Shown here piece after piece: positions 19,653-28,978 of a stretch of 64,000 nucleotides of DNA. This stretch comes from a virus. Taxonomy: Duplodnaviria; Caudoviricetes. The DNA lies in IMG/VR virus record IMGVR_UViG_2932454522_000002, positions 1 to 64,000 of that record. One strand, given 5' to 3'. A model generated the notes under the pieces. It had not been told where the DNA came from, ran no database searches, and was given only the letters and a program-made list of their open reading frames with translations. Numbering within the stretch: the stretch's first letter is position 1; each line of letters starts with the position of its first letter. Both the position numbers and the translations under genes were made by a program.

Positions 19653-19973
19653 ATGCTCAACCCCGACCAGTGGGCGACGATCCAGCGTCTCGTCGCGTGG
19701 CTCGACCAGCAGAACGGCTGCAGCAACGAGGAGGTCGGCCTGCGCATCCTCAAACTCACCGAGGAATCAGGCGAGGTCGCGCAGGCGTGGATCGGCGTGC
19801 GCGGCCAGAACCCGCGCAAGGGCGTCACGCACACGGTCGGCGACGTGTGCGACGAACTGATCGACGTCATGGTCACCGCCGCGGTGGCGCTCGCCTCGAT
19901 CGACGGGGATCCGGCAGGCCGGGTCGCCGACAAGCTGGCCAGGATCGAAGCCCGCTCGCAGGCGGCCGTCTGA
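19653..19973 (+). CDS. MazG-like nucleotide pyrophosphohydrolase
   Basis: LKLTEESGEVAQA..GQNPRKG..DELIDV. Confidence 0.85.
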   Translation: MLNPDQWATIQRLVAWLDQQNGCSNEEVGLRILKLTEESGEVAQAWIGVRGQNPRKGVTHTVGDVCDELIDVMVTAAVALASIDGDPAGRVADKLARIEARSQAAV

Positions 19974-20239
19974 TGGCCTGCGTGATCCACAAGGCCGACG
20001 TCTACGACCAGCTGATGCGCGGCGGATTCAACCCGTCCGAATGGCTCGGCGAGGGCTGGTACCCCGGCTACCGCACCGAGCAGCACGGCCGCCGCATGGT
20101 TCTCGTCTTCCACGACGGGCCCGGCGAGGTCGCTGGCCTCGACCAGTACCAGGCCGAACTCCAGGCCTGCGGCTACGTAGTCGTCCCCGACCAGCAGCCC
20201 GGCGGCGGCAGACGCCGACTCCACATCACCCAGCCCTAG
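19973..20239 (+). CDS. Hypothetical protein
   Basis: TGATG overlap. Confidence 0.6.
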   Translation: MACVIHKADVYDQLMRGGFNPSEWLGEGWYPGYRTEQHGRRMVLVFHDGPGEVAGLDQYQAELQACGYVVVPDQQPGGGRRRLHITQP

Positions 20240-20289
20240 CCCCTGGGGCGGTGGTTCCGGCCGCCGCCCCACCCACACCAGGAGCAGCA

Positions 20290-20703
20290 ATGCCCAGCAA
20301 GCCCACCCTGTTCGACCTCGTCCGCGACACCGACATCTCCGGAGTGTCCGGGGTCGGCAAGGTCGCCGAGGGCGTCATCTTCAGCGACGGGGAAGCCGTC
20401 ATCCACTGGCTCGGCACCTGGCCGACTACCACCCCGCACCCGGCAGGCATCCGCTCCATCGCGGCTGTTCACGGGCATGGTGGCGCCACCCGCATCGTGC
20501 TCAACGACCCGGCCGACCGGCTCGCCCGCATCGCCCAAGCCCACAGCAAGAACCGAGGCCCTGGCGGAACCACCGACGGCCTGTGCGACGAATGCGGCCA
20601 GTCCTGGGGCGCCGACGGATGCCCCACCTACGTGTGGGCCACCACCGACCGCGACCCGCTCGCCACCTGGGACCCCGCCGACGACGAGGACGTGGCGTCA
20701 TGA
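20290..20703 (+). CDS. Hypothetical actinophage protein
   Basis: DISGVSGVGKVAEGVIFSDG..VHGHGGATRI motif. Confidence 0.7.
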   Translation: MPSKPTLFDLVRDTDISGVSGVGKVAEGVIFSDGEAVIHWLGTWPTTTPHPAGIRSIAAVHGHGGATRIVLNDPADRLARIAQAHSKNRGPGGTTDGLCDECGQSWGADGCPTYVWATTDRDPLATWDPADDEDVAS

Positions 20704-20885
20704 CCGCCGACCCGATCCGCTGGGTGCCCGACGAGCGCTCCGCCAAGATCCTCAACGCGTTCATCAGCCACCGTGAATCCCGCGCCAGCGTCCTCAAGCG
20801 CGCCCTCGAACTCCTCGCCCAAGCCGACGGCATCGTCGACTCGCGGGGACGCGTCCGGGCCGCAGGCGAGAAGAGGCCGTCATGA
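20700..20885 (+). CDS. Small RHH-like protein
   Basis: ESRASVLKRALELL; coupled. Confidence 0.5.
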   Translation: MTADPIRWVPDERSAKILNAFISHRESRASVLKRALELLAQADGIVDSRGRVRAAGEKRPS

Positions 20886-21139
20886 GGAGCCCCAGCGTCT
20901 TCGGCCAGCCCCTCACCCAAGGCCAGGTCGACGCACTCCAGTTGGCAGCCTGCGGCTACAGCAGCCACCAGATCGCAGCCCGGCTCAACAGCACCGAGAC
21001 CGGCATCCACCAACGCCTCAACGAAGCCTGCATCCGCCTCGGCGCCCGGTCCCGCACCCACGCCGTCGTCATCGGCCTCCGCCGCCGCATCATCCGCTTC
21101 GACGCCGTCGACTACCCCGAACAGGAGCGTGCCGCATGA
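20882..21139 (+). CDS. LuxR-type HTH regulator
   Basis: LQLAACGYSSHQIAARL..RLGARSRTHAV. Confidence 0.8.
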   Translation: MRSPSVFGQPLTQGQVDALQLAACGYSSHQIAARLNSTETGIHQRLNEACIRLGARSRTHAVVIGLRRRIIRFDAVDYPEQERAA

Positions 21140-21732
21140 CCGAGCCCCTGCACCGCCAACTCATCGCCCAGCTCGAAGCCGACCGGGCCGCGCACCTCGC
21201 CGGGTTCGACAAGACGGACGTCGAGGAACTCCGTCTCATCTCCTCCGCCTATGCCAGCGCCCAGCTCCACGCCATCGTGCACGCGATCACCCTCTTCGAA
21301 GGCGTCGACGCGGCCATGCAATACCAGCGTGACCATGCCGACGGGAAGCACCTCATCTGGCATGAGCCAGAACCTGCCGACCCGCTGGCCGAGGAGTTTG
21401 CAGCCACCGGGCGCGCCCTCGCCCGAGCCGGCGCGCGACCGAACCCAGCAGCGACCGAAGCGACCGACAGCGTCGACGCGATCCGGGAACGCGTCCTCGC
21501 CGTCACCGCCGAACTCCGCGCCCAGGTCGCCGAACACGAACGCGGCGCCGACGGCAAGCTCCCCATGGATCACCCGATGGCCCTGTGGTGCGACACCGTC
21601 AACAACATCGCCAGCCGGATCGAGCAGGCACTCCGGACGCCCACACCGGCCCGCGGCATCCCCTGTCGAACAACCCCGAACAACCCGCTGGCCAGCAGTG
21701 ATACGGCGGACAACTCGGGGGAGGGCACGTGA
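21136..21732 (+). CDS. Hypothetical phage protein
   Basis: ATGA overlap. Confidence 0.55.
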   Translation: MTEPLHRQLIAQLEADRAAHLAGFDKTDVEELRLISSAYASAQLHAIVHAITLFEGVDAAMQYQRDHADGKHLIWHEPEPADPLAEEFAATGRALARAGARPNPAATEATDSVDAIRERVLAVTAELRAQVAEHERGADGKLPMDHPMALWCDTVNNIASRIEQALRTPTPARGIPCRTTPNNPLASSDTADNSGEGT

Positions 21733-21901
21733 AGGCCAACGCCCCCATGGCATCCCTGCCCCGCGGCGCAGCAACCTGGGGTGACCTTCAGGCCGCCATC
21801 GCGAGCGTCGAGGAGGAGCGGCTCAGGCGCGCGGCAGTCGTTGCGCAGCTCCTCGCCCGCACCGCCCATCGGACCGCCGACCACACTCCGCAGGAGCAAC
21901 A

Positions 21902-22399
21902 GTGAAAGCCGACGACATCCTCAACCAATTGGACGAGACCCTCGACGACTGGACCAGCCCCGACGCCATGCGCAGCCGGCCAGCCGAACCCGAGCGCCCC
22001 GAACTGTCGATCCCTCCGAACCTGCGACGGCTCCTCGCCCGGCGGCTGATGGAAAACCACGGCCTCGACCTGGTGACGGCGCGCCTCGCCGTCCTCAACG
22101 TCGCCCGCAGTCACGAAGCCCCGCACGCCGAACTCGTGCACGCCGAAGCCCGCGCCGTCGTGGACGAGACGATGCAGCGGATCCGGAACGTCGTACAGCC
22201 GAGCCTGGCCGCGATGCTCGAGGCGTTTCAGGCGCTGGGGGCGGCCGTCAAGCAGGCGGCAGCAGGGTTCCAGGGGGAGTGGGTCGACACCAACGGCGAC
22301 CCCGTAGGCGGCCCTCAGCGCCCGCGTCCCGCCCTCCCGCGGCGCGACGGGCGCCCGGCATGGGAGACGCCGTTCGGGCCCGCCAGGAGGCGACGGTGA
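21902..22399 (+). CDS. Hypothetical phage protein
   Basis: AGGAG SD; GTG start. Confidence 0.6.
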   Translation: MKADDILNQLDETLDDWTSPDAMRSRPAEPERPELSIPPNLRRLLARRLMENHGLDLVTARLAVLNVARSHEAPHAELVHAEARAVVDETMQRIRNVVQPSLAAMLEAFQALGAAVKQAAAGFQGEWVDTNGDPVGGPQRPRPALPRRDGRPAWETPFGPARRRR

Positions 22400-22426
22400 G
22401 CGGCCCCCTGATCGGGATCGCCGCCG

Positions 22427-23239
22427 CTAGCGTTGCCGAAGTGGAAGGTTGAGCTGTTCGCGCCACCGCCACACCGTGGACGCTGACACACCCAAGTCCT
22501 GGGCGATGTTCGCAACCGTGCGACTGGGATTCGCCCACTCCGTTTTGAGCCGCGCCGCAACCTCGTCCGTTAGGCGACTCGGCTTCCCCTTCCTCGGCTG
22601 AGCCTCCGCAAGGGCCCGTTTGAGCCGGGGGTGGCCCGGCGCGCGGTAGCGAAGAGTGGAGGGATCGCAGCCGACCTCGCGGGCTGCGCGAACTATCGAC
22701 GTACCGGAGAGGATCAGGTCGGTTGCATGGTCGAGCTGGGCTTCGGAGACTTGCCCTGGGATGCGCGGCGCTACCTGATACCCCTCGATGAGGGCCCGCA
22801 CGGCATCTTCGGCGGCGGCAAAGAGGCGGTCCGAGCGCCAGCCGTTGACTGTGTGCGGCTTCAGTCCCAGCTCGCGCGAGGCTTCCAGGCGGTTACCGCC
22901 GGCCCGGGTGAGGGCTGCCAGGTAGTCGCCTCGGCGGGCTACCAGCTGTGCGGCGAGTGGCGCTCCGTCGAGTGCGGCCCGCAGCTCTCCGTCCCGGCCA
23001 GCCGGTTGAGTCAGGTGGCGGACCGACTTGCCGATTGCCGCCGCGGCTTCCTCGGGCGTGGATCCCGCCCGCAGGGCAGTGAGCACCTTCTCGCGTTCCG
23101 AGGAGGTTAAGCCGCGGTAGCGGCTGACCTCCGCGTTATGCGCCCTCCTGCACTTGGGGCAGCGTCCGCCCGCACGCCAACCTGCCGGGCTGCCGCATGT
23201 TCGCTTGGCGGCCCGGCAGGCAACATCGTTGCGCGTCAC
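22427..23239 (-). CDS. Zn-finger/multi-HTH DNA-binding protein (contains a TTA codon)
   Basis: GRCPKCRRAH plus several HTH repeats; TTA at 23108-23110. Confidence 0.65.
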   Translation of the reverse strand: MTRNDVACRAAKRTCGSPAGWRAGGRCPKCRRAHNAEVSRYRGLTSSEREKVLTALRAGSTPEEAAAAIGKSVRHLTQPAGRDGELRAALDGAPLAAQLVARRGDYLAALTRAGGNRLEASRELGLKPHTVNGWRSDRLFAAAEDAVRALIEGYQVAPRIPGQVSEAQLDHATDLILSGTSIVRAAREVGCDPSTLRYRAPGHPRLKRALAEAQPRKGKPSRLTDEVAARLKTEWANPSRTVANIAQDLGVSASTVWRWREQLNLPLRQR

Positions 23240-24243
23240 TCGTCGCCCTCGTCTGCGGCGAACTCGATGCGGGCTCCTGTGGCCTGGGCGGCCTGGCCGC
23301 ACACCATGCGGTGCCAGGATGCGGTCCTCTTCCAGATGTGCCCGACGTAGGGCAGCTGTCCGGCCTTGTATGCCGCCTCGAAGGCTTCGTCGTCCGGGTA
23401 GACGACCAGTTCGAAGTCGTCATCGGACTCGATCTTCGCAATGGTAGTGGCGACCGCCTTCGCGGTCTCTGCCCGCAGCTCGGCCACCTTCAGCCGGAGC
23501 CAGCCCGGGATGTCGTCGCGGCCCTGCTGCCAGCTGCGCACCGTCCGTGGGTTGACGCCCAGGTATGCGGCGAACGCGTCCCCGGTCATCCCGGACGCCT
23601 CGCGGGCGATCTGCAGCTCGGCCGGCGTCAGCGGATCCTCGTCGGCCAGGTCGTCACGGAGCTGCTTGAGGTAGGCGTCCACGCCGTTCAGGACGACGAC
23701 CGACCCCTCGTCGCTGACGCTCTCAAGGTCTTTGCGGATCTGCTCTTCGATCTCGTCAAGCCGGGCGTCGGTCGTGTCGGCCGTGATGCCGTACTCCTCG
23801 ACCTCGCACCCGTTGACGGCGCCGTTGTCGACGTCCCACTCCTGTACGACGTCGGCGTTGCCAGTGCGGGCGTCGTCCTCGTAGTCGCCCAGGAGCCGCT
23901 CGATCTCCTCCTCGGCCTCGGCAGCGTCCTCACCCAGCCGCGCCTTCATGCTGTTGCCGTCCCAGTGCTCCTCCCAGTCGGCGAGGATCCGGTCGGCAAG
24001 CGGGGCGATCTCGCGCATGACGCTATTGGCGGCGTCGCCGGTGAGCAGGGGGATGTTGTAGCGGCGCTCGAAGCCGTGCCACACCTCCCCGGGGACGCCG
24101 CTGCCGATCACACCGTTGTAGTCGGCAAGGAGCGTGCCCCGCTTCAGGTCCAGTTCGATGTAGGCGGCCTGCGCCTCGGACTGGCTGGTGTAGTGGCGGT
24201 ACAGCTTGTCCTGCTCGGTGCACTCGATGATCGTGACGCTCAT
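23236..24243 (-). CDS. Acidic protein fused to a C-terminal Aca2/DUF1870-like HTH
   Basis: LTPAELQIAREASGMTGDAFAAYLGVNPRTVRSWQQGRDDIP..ASWHRMVC. Confidence 0.65.
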   Translation of the reverse strand: MSVTIIECTEQDKLYRHYTSQSEAQAAYIELDLKRGTLLADYNGVIGSGVPGEVWHGFERRYNIPLLTGDAANSVMREIAPLADRILADWEEHWDGNSMKARLGEDAAEAEEEIERLLGDYEDDARTGNADVVQEWDVDNGAVNGCEVEEYGITADTTDARLDEIEEQIRKDLESVSDEGSVVVLNGVDAYLKQLRDDLADEDPLTPAELQIAREASGMTGDAFAAYLGVNPRTVRSWQQGRDDIPGWLRLKVAELRAETAKAVATTIAKIESDDDFELVVYPDDEAFEAAYKAGQLPYVGHIWKRTASWHRMVCGQAAQATGARIEFAADEGDE

Positions 24244-24275
24244 GATGATCTCTTCCTGAAAGTCGCGGGGAGGCT

Positions 24276-24785
24276 TCAGAGGGCGGCGATGGCGGTGCGG
24301 ATGCCGGACACGACGGACTCCCACACCTCCTCACGGGTGGCGACGCGGGACTCGCCCCAGCCGTAGCGGCAGTGCAACTTGCCGTCAGCGGCGTCGAACC
24401 ACACCTTGTGGATGCAGCCGAGGAGCTTGTACGCCTGGGAGTTGGAGATCCCGTCGCCCTGGTAGCAGGCGGAGGAGATGTTGCCGGTGTTGTAGTGCGT
24501 GGTCTCCAGCCCGGCGAGCTCGGCCCAGTTGTTGAAGTAGACGCGGTCCATGCCGTTCTTCTGCCACCGGCGCCCGCCGATCGCGGTCATCGTCTCGACG
24601 GTGAAGGCGACGGGCTTGGCCGGGCGCTTCATCTTGCCGATGGCGATGCGGGCGGCGAGGGAGGCCTGGTCGATGGCCCAGCGGCCGGCCTGCTTGACGG
24701 CGGCGACGGCGCCGAGGCGGCACCAGGTGCGGACGGTGTCGACGGAGACGTGGGCCTCGATGGCTGCGGCGGAAGTGCTGATCAT
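24276..24785 (-). CDS. HTH protein with phage early-gene C-terminal domain
   Basis: VSVDTVRTWCRLG HTH; RWQKNGMDRVYFN..YNTGNISSA. Confidence 0.7.
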   Translation of the reverse strand: MISTSAAAIEAHVSVDTVRTWCRLGAVAAVKQAGRWAIDQASLAARIAIGKMKRPAKPVAFTVETMTAIGGRRWQKNGMDRVYFNNWAELAGLETTHYNTGNISSACYQGDGISNSQAYKLLGCIHKVWFDAADGKLHCRYGWGESRVATREEVWESVVSGIRTAIAAL

Positions 24786-24844
24786 GGGGCTCTCCGAGTC
24801 ACTTACGGAGTGGTCTGGGGCTCATCCCCTGACCTCATGCCAAA

Positions 24845-24874
24845 AAGGTAGCACCCGCTTTTAGGGTGCGGCAA
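24845..24874 (-). promoter_or_regulatory. Promoter with a palindromic operator in its spacer
   Basis: Minus strand TTGCCG-N18-TACCTT; GCACCC-N7-GGGTGC at 24851-24869. Confidence 0.6.
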
Positions 24875-25008
24875 GGAGTTCGCTGAATATCCATCAAAGA
24901 CCCAGCTCACGGGCCTACTTGAGGCGATCACTCGCGGACAGCGGGGCGCGGCGTCGTCGACGCGCCCGCCGACAACGAGGACGACGGGCAGGCCGGCGGG
25001 CGGTAGGG

Positions 25009-25326
25009 CTACTCGCCCACAGCCGGCGGCTGCTCGTCGTCCAGCGGCGGCACCACCTTCAGCCCCGCCGCCTTCTCCGCCTCGCCCTGCGGATCCCTCA
25101 CCAAGTCCCGCACCGTGGCCCGCTTCAGATCCAGCCGATCCGCCATTACCTCGACCGGCACCCCGTGCTTCCGCGCCGCCTTCAGTGCCAGGTTCCGGCG
25201 AACGAGCATCCGCGCCCATGCCTTCTTCGACGCCACCGAACTGTGCAACACCGCCGCCAGCCACAGCTGCACCCGGCCGGCTAACCGATTCCATCCGTCT
25301 CTCACAACGCCCCCCAGCGACTGCAC
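25009..25326 (-). CDS. Small HTH protein
   Basis: GVPVEVMADRLDLKRATVRDLV. Confidence 0.5.
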   Translation of the reverse strand: MQSLGGVVRDGWNRLAGRVQLWLAAVLHSSVASKKAWARMLVRRNLALKAARKHGVPVEVMADRLDLKRATVRDLVRDPQGEAEKAAGLKVVPPLDDEQPPAVGE

Positions 25327-25439
25327 CGTTGAACACCTGACAGGACACCGTCAGGCGGAAGGCGGGCCGCCGCAAGGGCGCAGGCAGCGCACAGGAGCGC
25401 CCCCGCAGCAGCAGTGGGCGGCTACGGGGGCGTGGATGG

Positions 25440-26056
25440 ATTTATGCGCGAGAGATCTCGAGCGGCGACGGCAGCGACAGTGAGTAACTGCCGGGCTGGC
25501 TGGCGCACTTGCTGCTCGCTCGCCTGCTTGCCTGCCCTCCGCCTCGCGCGCGATCAGCGGCGAGCAAGCCAGGAGGCTTGCCCTCTTCGAGGGATGCATT
25601 TTCTAGGCCAGCCCTCTTCTAGGTAACCGTCTTCTAAGAAGACCCCTCACTTTCAAGACTCCCATCCAGCAGGACTCCTGCCGAGCGGGACTCCTGAAAA
25701 CCTCACCCCGGGGTAGGCGGCCTGAGCAGCAGCGATAGCCCTTGCGGAGTGTCACTTACCGCAGTCGTCGTCCGCCACTTGCCGTCCTTGCCCTTGGCCC
25801 TCACGTGGGCCACCAGACCTGCCTCCCGAAGCTCCTTCAGTGCGGCGCGGACGGCGTACTCGCCCTCACCCTTGCCGCCCGCCTTCTCGTGGAGGCCGAC
25901 CAGTCGCTCGGTCGTCATGTCGGAGTCGTCCGGGTAGGAGAGCAGCGTCAGCAGGAGCCCCTTTGCCTTCAGGCTCAGCGTGTAGTTCCGGGCGACGTGC
26001 TCGTTGCTGACGGGAGTCCAGCCGCCCGACTTCGGCCGCGAACGATGCGTCCTCAC
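25440..26056 (-). pseudogene. Truncated/degenerate HTH replication-initiator-like gene
   Basis: LSLKAKGLLLTLLSYPD..VRAALKELREAG; open only to 25703, then in-frame TGA/TAG/TAG. Confidence 0.5.
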
Positions 26057-26264
26057 AGGACGGCCGATCGCTGGCGGCAAGGAGGCTTCATCGGTATCGT
26101 CATGCGCAGTGCCTTACTAGTCGATGGGTACGAACGCAGCGGGGTGATGACCCGCTCGATACGCAAGATGGCCGGACGGTGGGGACCGTCCGGCCTCTGC
26201 TTTTTGTTGCCAATTCTAATGGTTCACGGGGCCCAAGTGGGCTGTAACTGGGGCCAATTGGAGA

Positions 26265-26564
26265 TCAGGCGCGGGAAACCTCGAGCGGCGACGGCAACGA
26301 TGGGCGCGGCAGATCGAACGCCTCCGCCAGAATCACGCGGGCCGCAATGTCCCGCTCCCACTCCGGCCGGCCCGACGGCATCGCCAGGATCCGATGGCCG
26401 TCCTCGCGCACCAGGTAGTAGCCGGTGAACGTGCGGTCCGTGATCGACGACTCGACCAGCTCGACGTCCAGAGAGGCGAGCAGCTGGGGGAGGGGGGTGT
26501 CGAACAGGGAGACGTGCGCAGCATCACTCTGGGGCGCGCAGGCGTGGTCGGCTAAGGTTGACAC
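26265..26564 (-). CDS. Hypothetical protein
   Basis: GAGG SD; high GC3 on the minus strand. Confidence 0.6.
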   Translation of the reverse strand: MSTLADHACAPQSDAAHVSLFDTPLPQLLASLDVELVESSITDRTFTGYYLVREDGHRILAMPSGRPEWERDIAARVILAEAFDLPRPSLPSPLEVSRA

Positions 26565-27066
26565 TAGGAAGCCTCTTCTCTTCGCAGGGTGGACGATTCC
26601 TTGATCAGCGAGGTGCGAACTCGCTGGTTGAACTGGCCGGACGGGTGCGAACCGTCCGGCCGTTCGCGTTTGGCGCGAACGACTTGACTAGATTCTGGAG
26701 CACTCCAGGCCCGTTTCTCGGGTGAGCGGCGTCACATTCGGTGCCGACCTGGGGTTTCACGGCCAAAGTGCATCCTTTTCGCTGCCCGACCTCACCCAGA
26801 CGGTACGTGCGGCCATGAAGTCGACGGCAGGAAGCGGACGTTGGGCGCCGAGCCCCTGAACTGCGCAGAGCCCGACTTGCCCGAACCGATAGGATTTGGC
26901 GCGCGCCCCACGGAGTGCGCGGCAGAGACGGCAACGAGCGGCCGGTCGACTTGAAGTAGCTCACGCTGGTGCCTCCTTCCAGGGCGTGCGAGCCAGGACG
27001 CTAGCCGAAGTTCACGAGATGCGAAAGGCAACAACTGTCGCCATAGAGTGGGGATGACCTGCGGGT

Positions 27067-27579
27067 TTAGGTGGGGCGGGCGGCGACGAAGAGTCCCCGG
27101 CCCGACTCGAAGACGAGCAGGCCCTCGCGCTGTAGTCGAGCGGACGCCTTGCTGACGATCGGCTGGCTCGCGCCAGTCGCTTCGGTCATGCGTCGGATCG
27201 ACGGGAGGCGTTGCCCGGGTCTCCATCGGCCGGCTGTGATCTCGCCGCGGATGAGGCCTGCGACCTGCTCGATCTTGCTCCCGTAGGTGACGGTCGGCCA
27301 GGCCGCCGGGTCGAACTCGGCTTCGTCGTAGTTGTGAGTGCCGTTGTAGAGCGGCTTCTCGGTCTCGATCGCGATCTTCTCGGCGGCGAGTGCGAGCTTC
27401 CGCGTGTCGCGCCACTCATCGGTTCGTCGAACGGCCCGCTTCGGCCAGTCGTCCGGCCTCGACTCGTACAGGTGCGCCTTGCTACGGAAGGCGGGGTCGT
27501 TCGAGATCCCGACATAGAGCAGGACGTCATCGGCGTCGAAGTATCGGTAGAGCGCGGTGCGCTGCTCGGATTCAGGCAT
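27067..27579 (-). CDS. GIY-YIG nuclease fused to a GntR-type wHTH
   Basis: ALYRYFD..LLYVGIS..AEKIAIETEKPLYN, then IRGEITAGRWRPGQRLPS..GRGLFV. Confidence 0.8.
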   Translation of the reverse strand: MPESEQRTALYRYFDADDVLLYVGISNDPAFRSKAHLYESRPDDWPKRAVRRTDEWRDTRKLALAAEKIAIETEKPLYNGTHNYDEAEFDPAAWPTVTYGSKIEQVAGLIRGEITAGRWRPGQRLPSIRRMTEATGASQPIVSKASARLQREGLLVFESGRGLFVAARPT

Positions 27580-27730
27580 GGAACCCCTCGACCTATTGGG
27601 CACTGGCGTTCCACGTGGATGTTGTGCGTACAGTTGGTGCCGAGCATGCAGGCAGAACTAGCCCGCTGACCTGCATCTCTACCGTCAGTGGCAGTGCGTA
27701 AACGTGGAACTACTGGAATAGACGGTCCTC

Positions 27731-27748
27731 GACTTCCACGTGGAAGTC
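27731..27748. promoter_or_regulatory. Perfect 18-bp palindromic operator GACTTCCACGTGGAAGTC
   Basis: Upstream of the GntR gene; core repeated at 28635 and 28676; partial at 27609. Confidence 0.8.
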
Positions 27749-27805
27749 AAGCGGCTCGATCGAACCGGCTTAGCCCGACGCACGCGAGAGCTTTAGGGAG
27801 GCGTC

Positions 27806-28564
27806 TTGGCGAGCAAGAAGGGCGACGACAGCCTGGGGTACGAGGCGATCGCCGACCAGCTGCGAGCCCGCATTGAGAGCGGCGAACTCGCGCCCGGCGA
27901 CAAGGTTCCAGGCGAGAACGGGCTCATGGAGACGCTGGGTGTCAGTCGAGACACCGCCTCAAAGGCTCTGCTGATCCTTCGCAACCTGGGGCTGACCGAG
28001 GCTCGACAGGGGGCCCCAACCCGCGTTCGTAAGTTCCAGCGCATCGTTCGGCCGGCGAACAAGCGGCTATCAAAGGAAGTCTGGGGTTCCGGGCGGTCGG
28101 TCCAATCTGCGGACGTCGTCGAGGGGCAAACGAAGCCCACTGGCCTCCGCATTGACCGGGTCCCTTCGGATGCCCGGGTCGCCCAGATGCTCGGGATCGA
28201 GGAAGGGGCGGCGGTGGTCGTCCGGGACCGAAGCTATGTCCTGGGGGTTAAGCCCGTGATGCACGCCGTGTCGTACATCCCTGCGGATCTGGCAGACGGG
28301 ACCGCGATCGCCGAGGAGGACACTGGCCCCGGAGGGATCTGGATGCGACTGGATGACATCGGGCACGGGCCGACACTGTTCCGCGAGGAGGTTCGCTCGC
28401 GGATGCCGAGGAAGGTCGAGCAGGAACTGCTCAAGATTGAGATCGGCACTCCCGTGATGGAGATTCGACGCTTCGCGGCCGAGGAGTCGGGTCGGATTGT
28501 CGAGGTGAACGAGATGGTTCTGGACAGTTCCAGCTACGTTCTGGAGTACGTGATCCCGTCCTGA
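27806..28564 (+). CDS. GntR/UTRA repressor (KorSA-like)
   Basis: YEAIADQLRARIESGELAPGDKVP HTH; UTRA C-terminus with DTGPGGI. Confidence 0.88.
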   Translation: MASKKGDDSLGYEAIADQLRARIESGELAPGDKVPGENGLMETLGVSRDTASKALLILRNLGLTEARQGAPTRVRKFQRIVRPANKRLSKEVWGSGRSVQSADVVEGQTKPTGLRIDRVPSDARVAQMLGIEEGAAVVVRDRSYVLGVKPVMHAVSYIPADLADGTAIAEEDTGPGGIWMRLDDIGHGPTLFREEVRSRMPRKVEQELLKIEIGTPVMEIRRFAAEESGRIVEVNEMVLDSSSYVLEYVIPS

Positions 28565-28579
28565 CCTGCACTCCCTTTT

Positions 28580-28608
28580 GCCCCACCCCTGCCGGGTGGG
28601 GCTTTTTT
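28580..28608 (+). terminator. Intrinsic terminator
   Basis: GCCCCACCC/GGGTGGGGC stem followed by TTTTTT. Confidence 0.8.
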
Positions 28609-28631
28609 CATGCCTGGTTCCAGCTTGGACG

Positions 28632-28692
28632 TTGACTTCCACGTGGAAGTAGGCGCACTCTTGGAGCACACGGAAACTTCCACGTGGAAGTT
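28632..28692 (+). promoter_or_regulatory. Transfer-operon promoter with two ACTTCCACGTGGAAGT operators
   Basis: TTGACT -35 overlaps palindrome 28635-28650; second palindrome 28675-28692. Confidence 0.78.
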
Positions 28693-28732
28693 CCAGGAGT
28701 TCCAACCTGCCTACCAAGACCCGGGAGTCTCC

Positions 28733-28978
28733 TTGAGTCACGATGCCCCGGCCGCGGACACCGTGGCCCCCTCCCCGAACTTCCTCAACGCGGCCGAGGT
28801 CGCCGAGCGCCTCCGCGTCTCGCGATCCACCGTCTACAACCTGATCACCGCCGGCCAACTCCCGGCCATCCGCAACGGGGTCGGCAAGATCCGCCCCCGT
28901 GGCGTGCGAGTCGCCGAGAACGTCGTCGAGGCCTACCTGAACAACTCCCTCATCACTCCCGCCGAGGAGGCAGCGTGA
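28733..28978 (+). CDS. Excisionase-family HTH protein
   Basis: FLNAAEVAERLRVSRSTVYNLITAGQLPAIR. Confidence 0.8.
   Translation: MSHDAPAADTVAPSPNFLNAAEVAERLRVSRSTVYNLITAGQLPAIRNGVGKIRPRGVRVAENVVEAYLNNSLITPAEEAA

Noticed and set aside
26605-27050. ORF 26605-26964 and a GSGKS P-loop-like string in an overlapping frame
   Set aside because: Atypical codon usage and no Walker B or other family features; an SD is present but coding status cannot be supported
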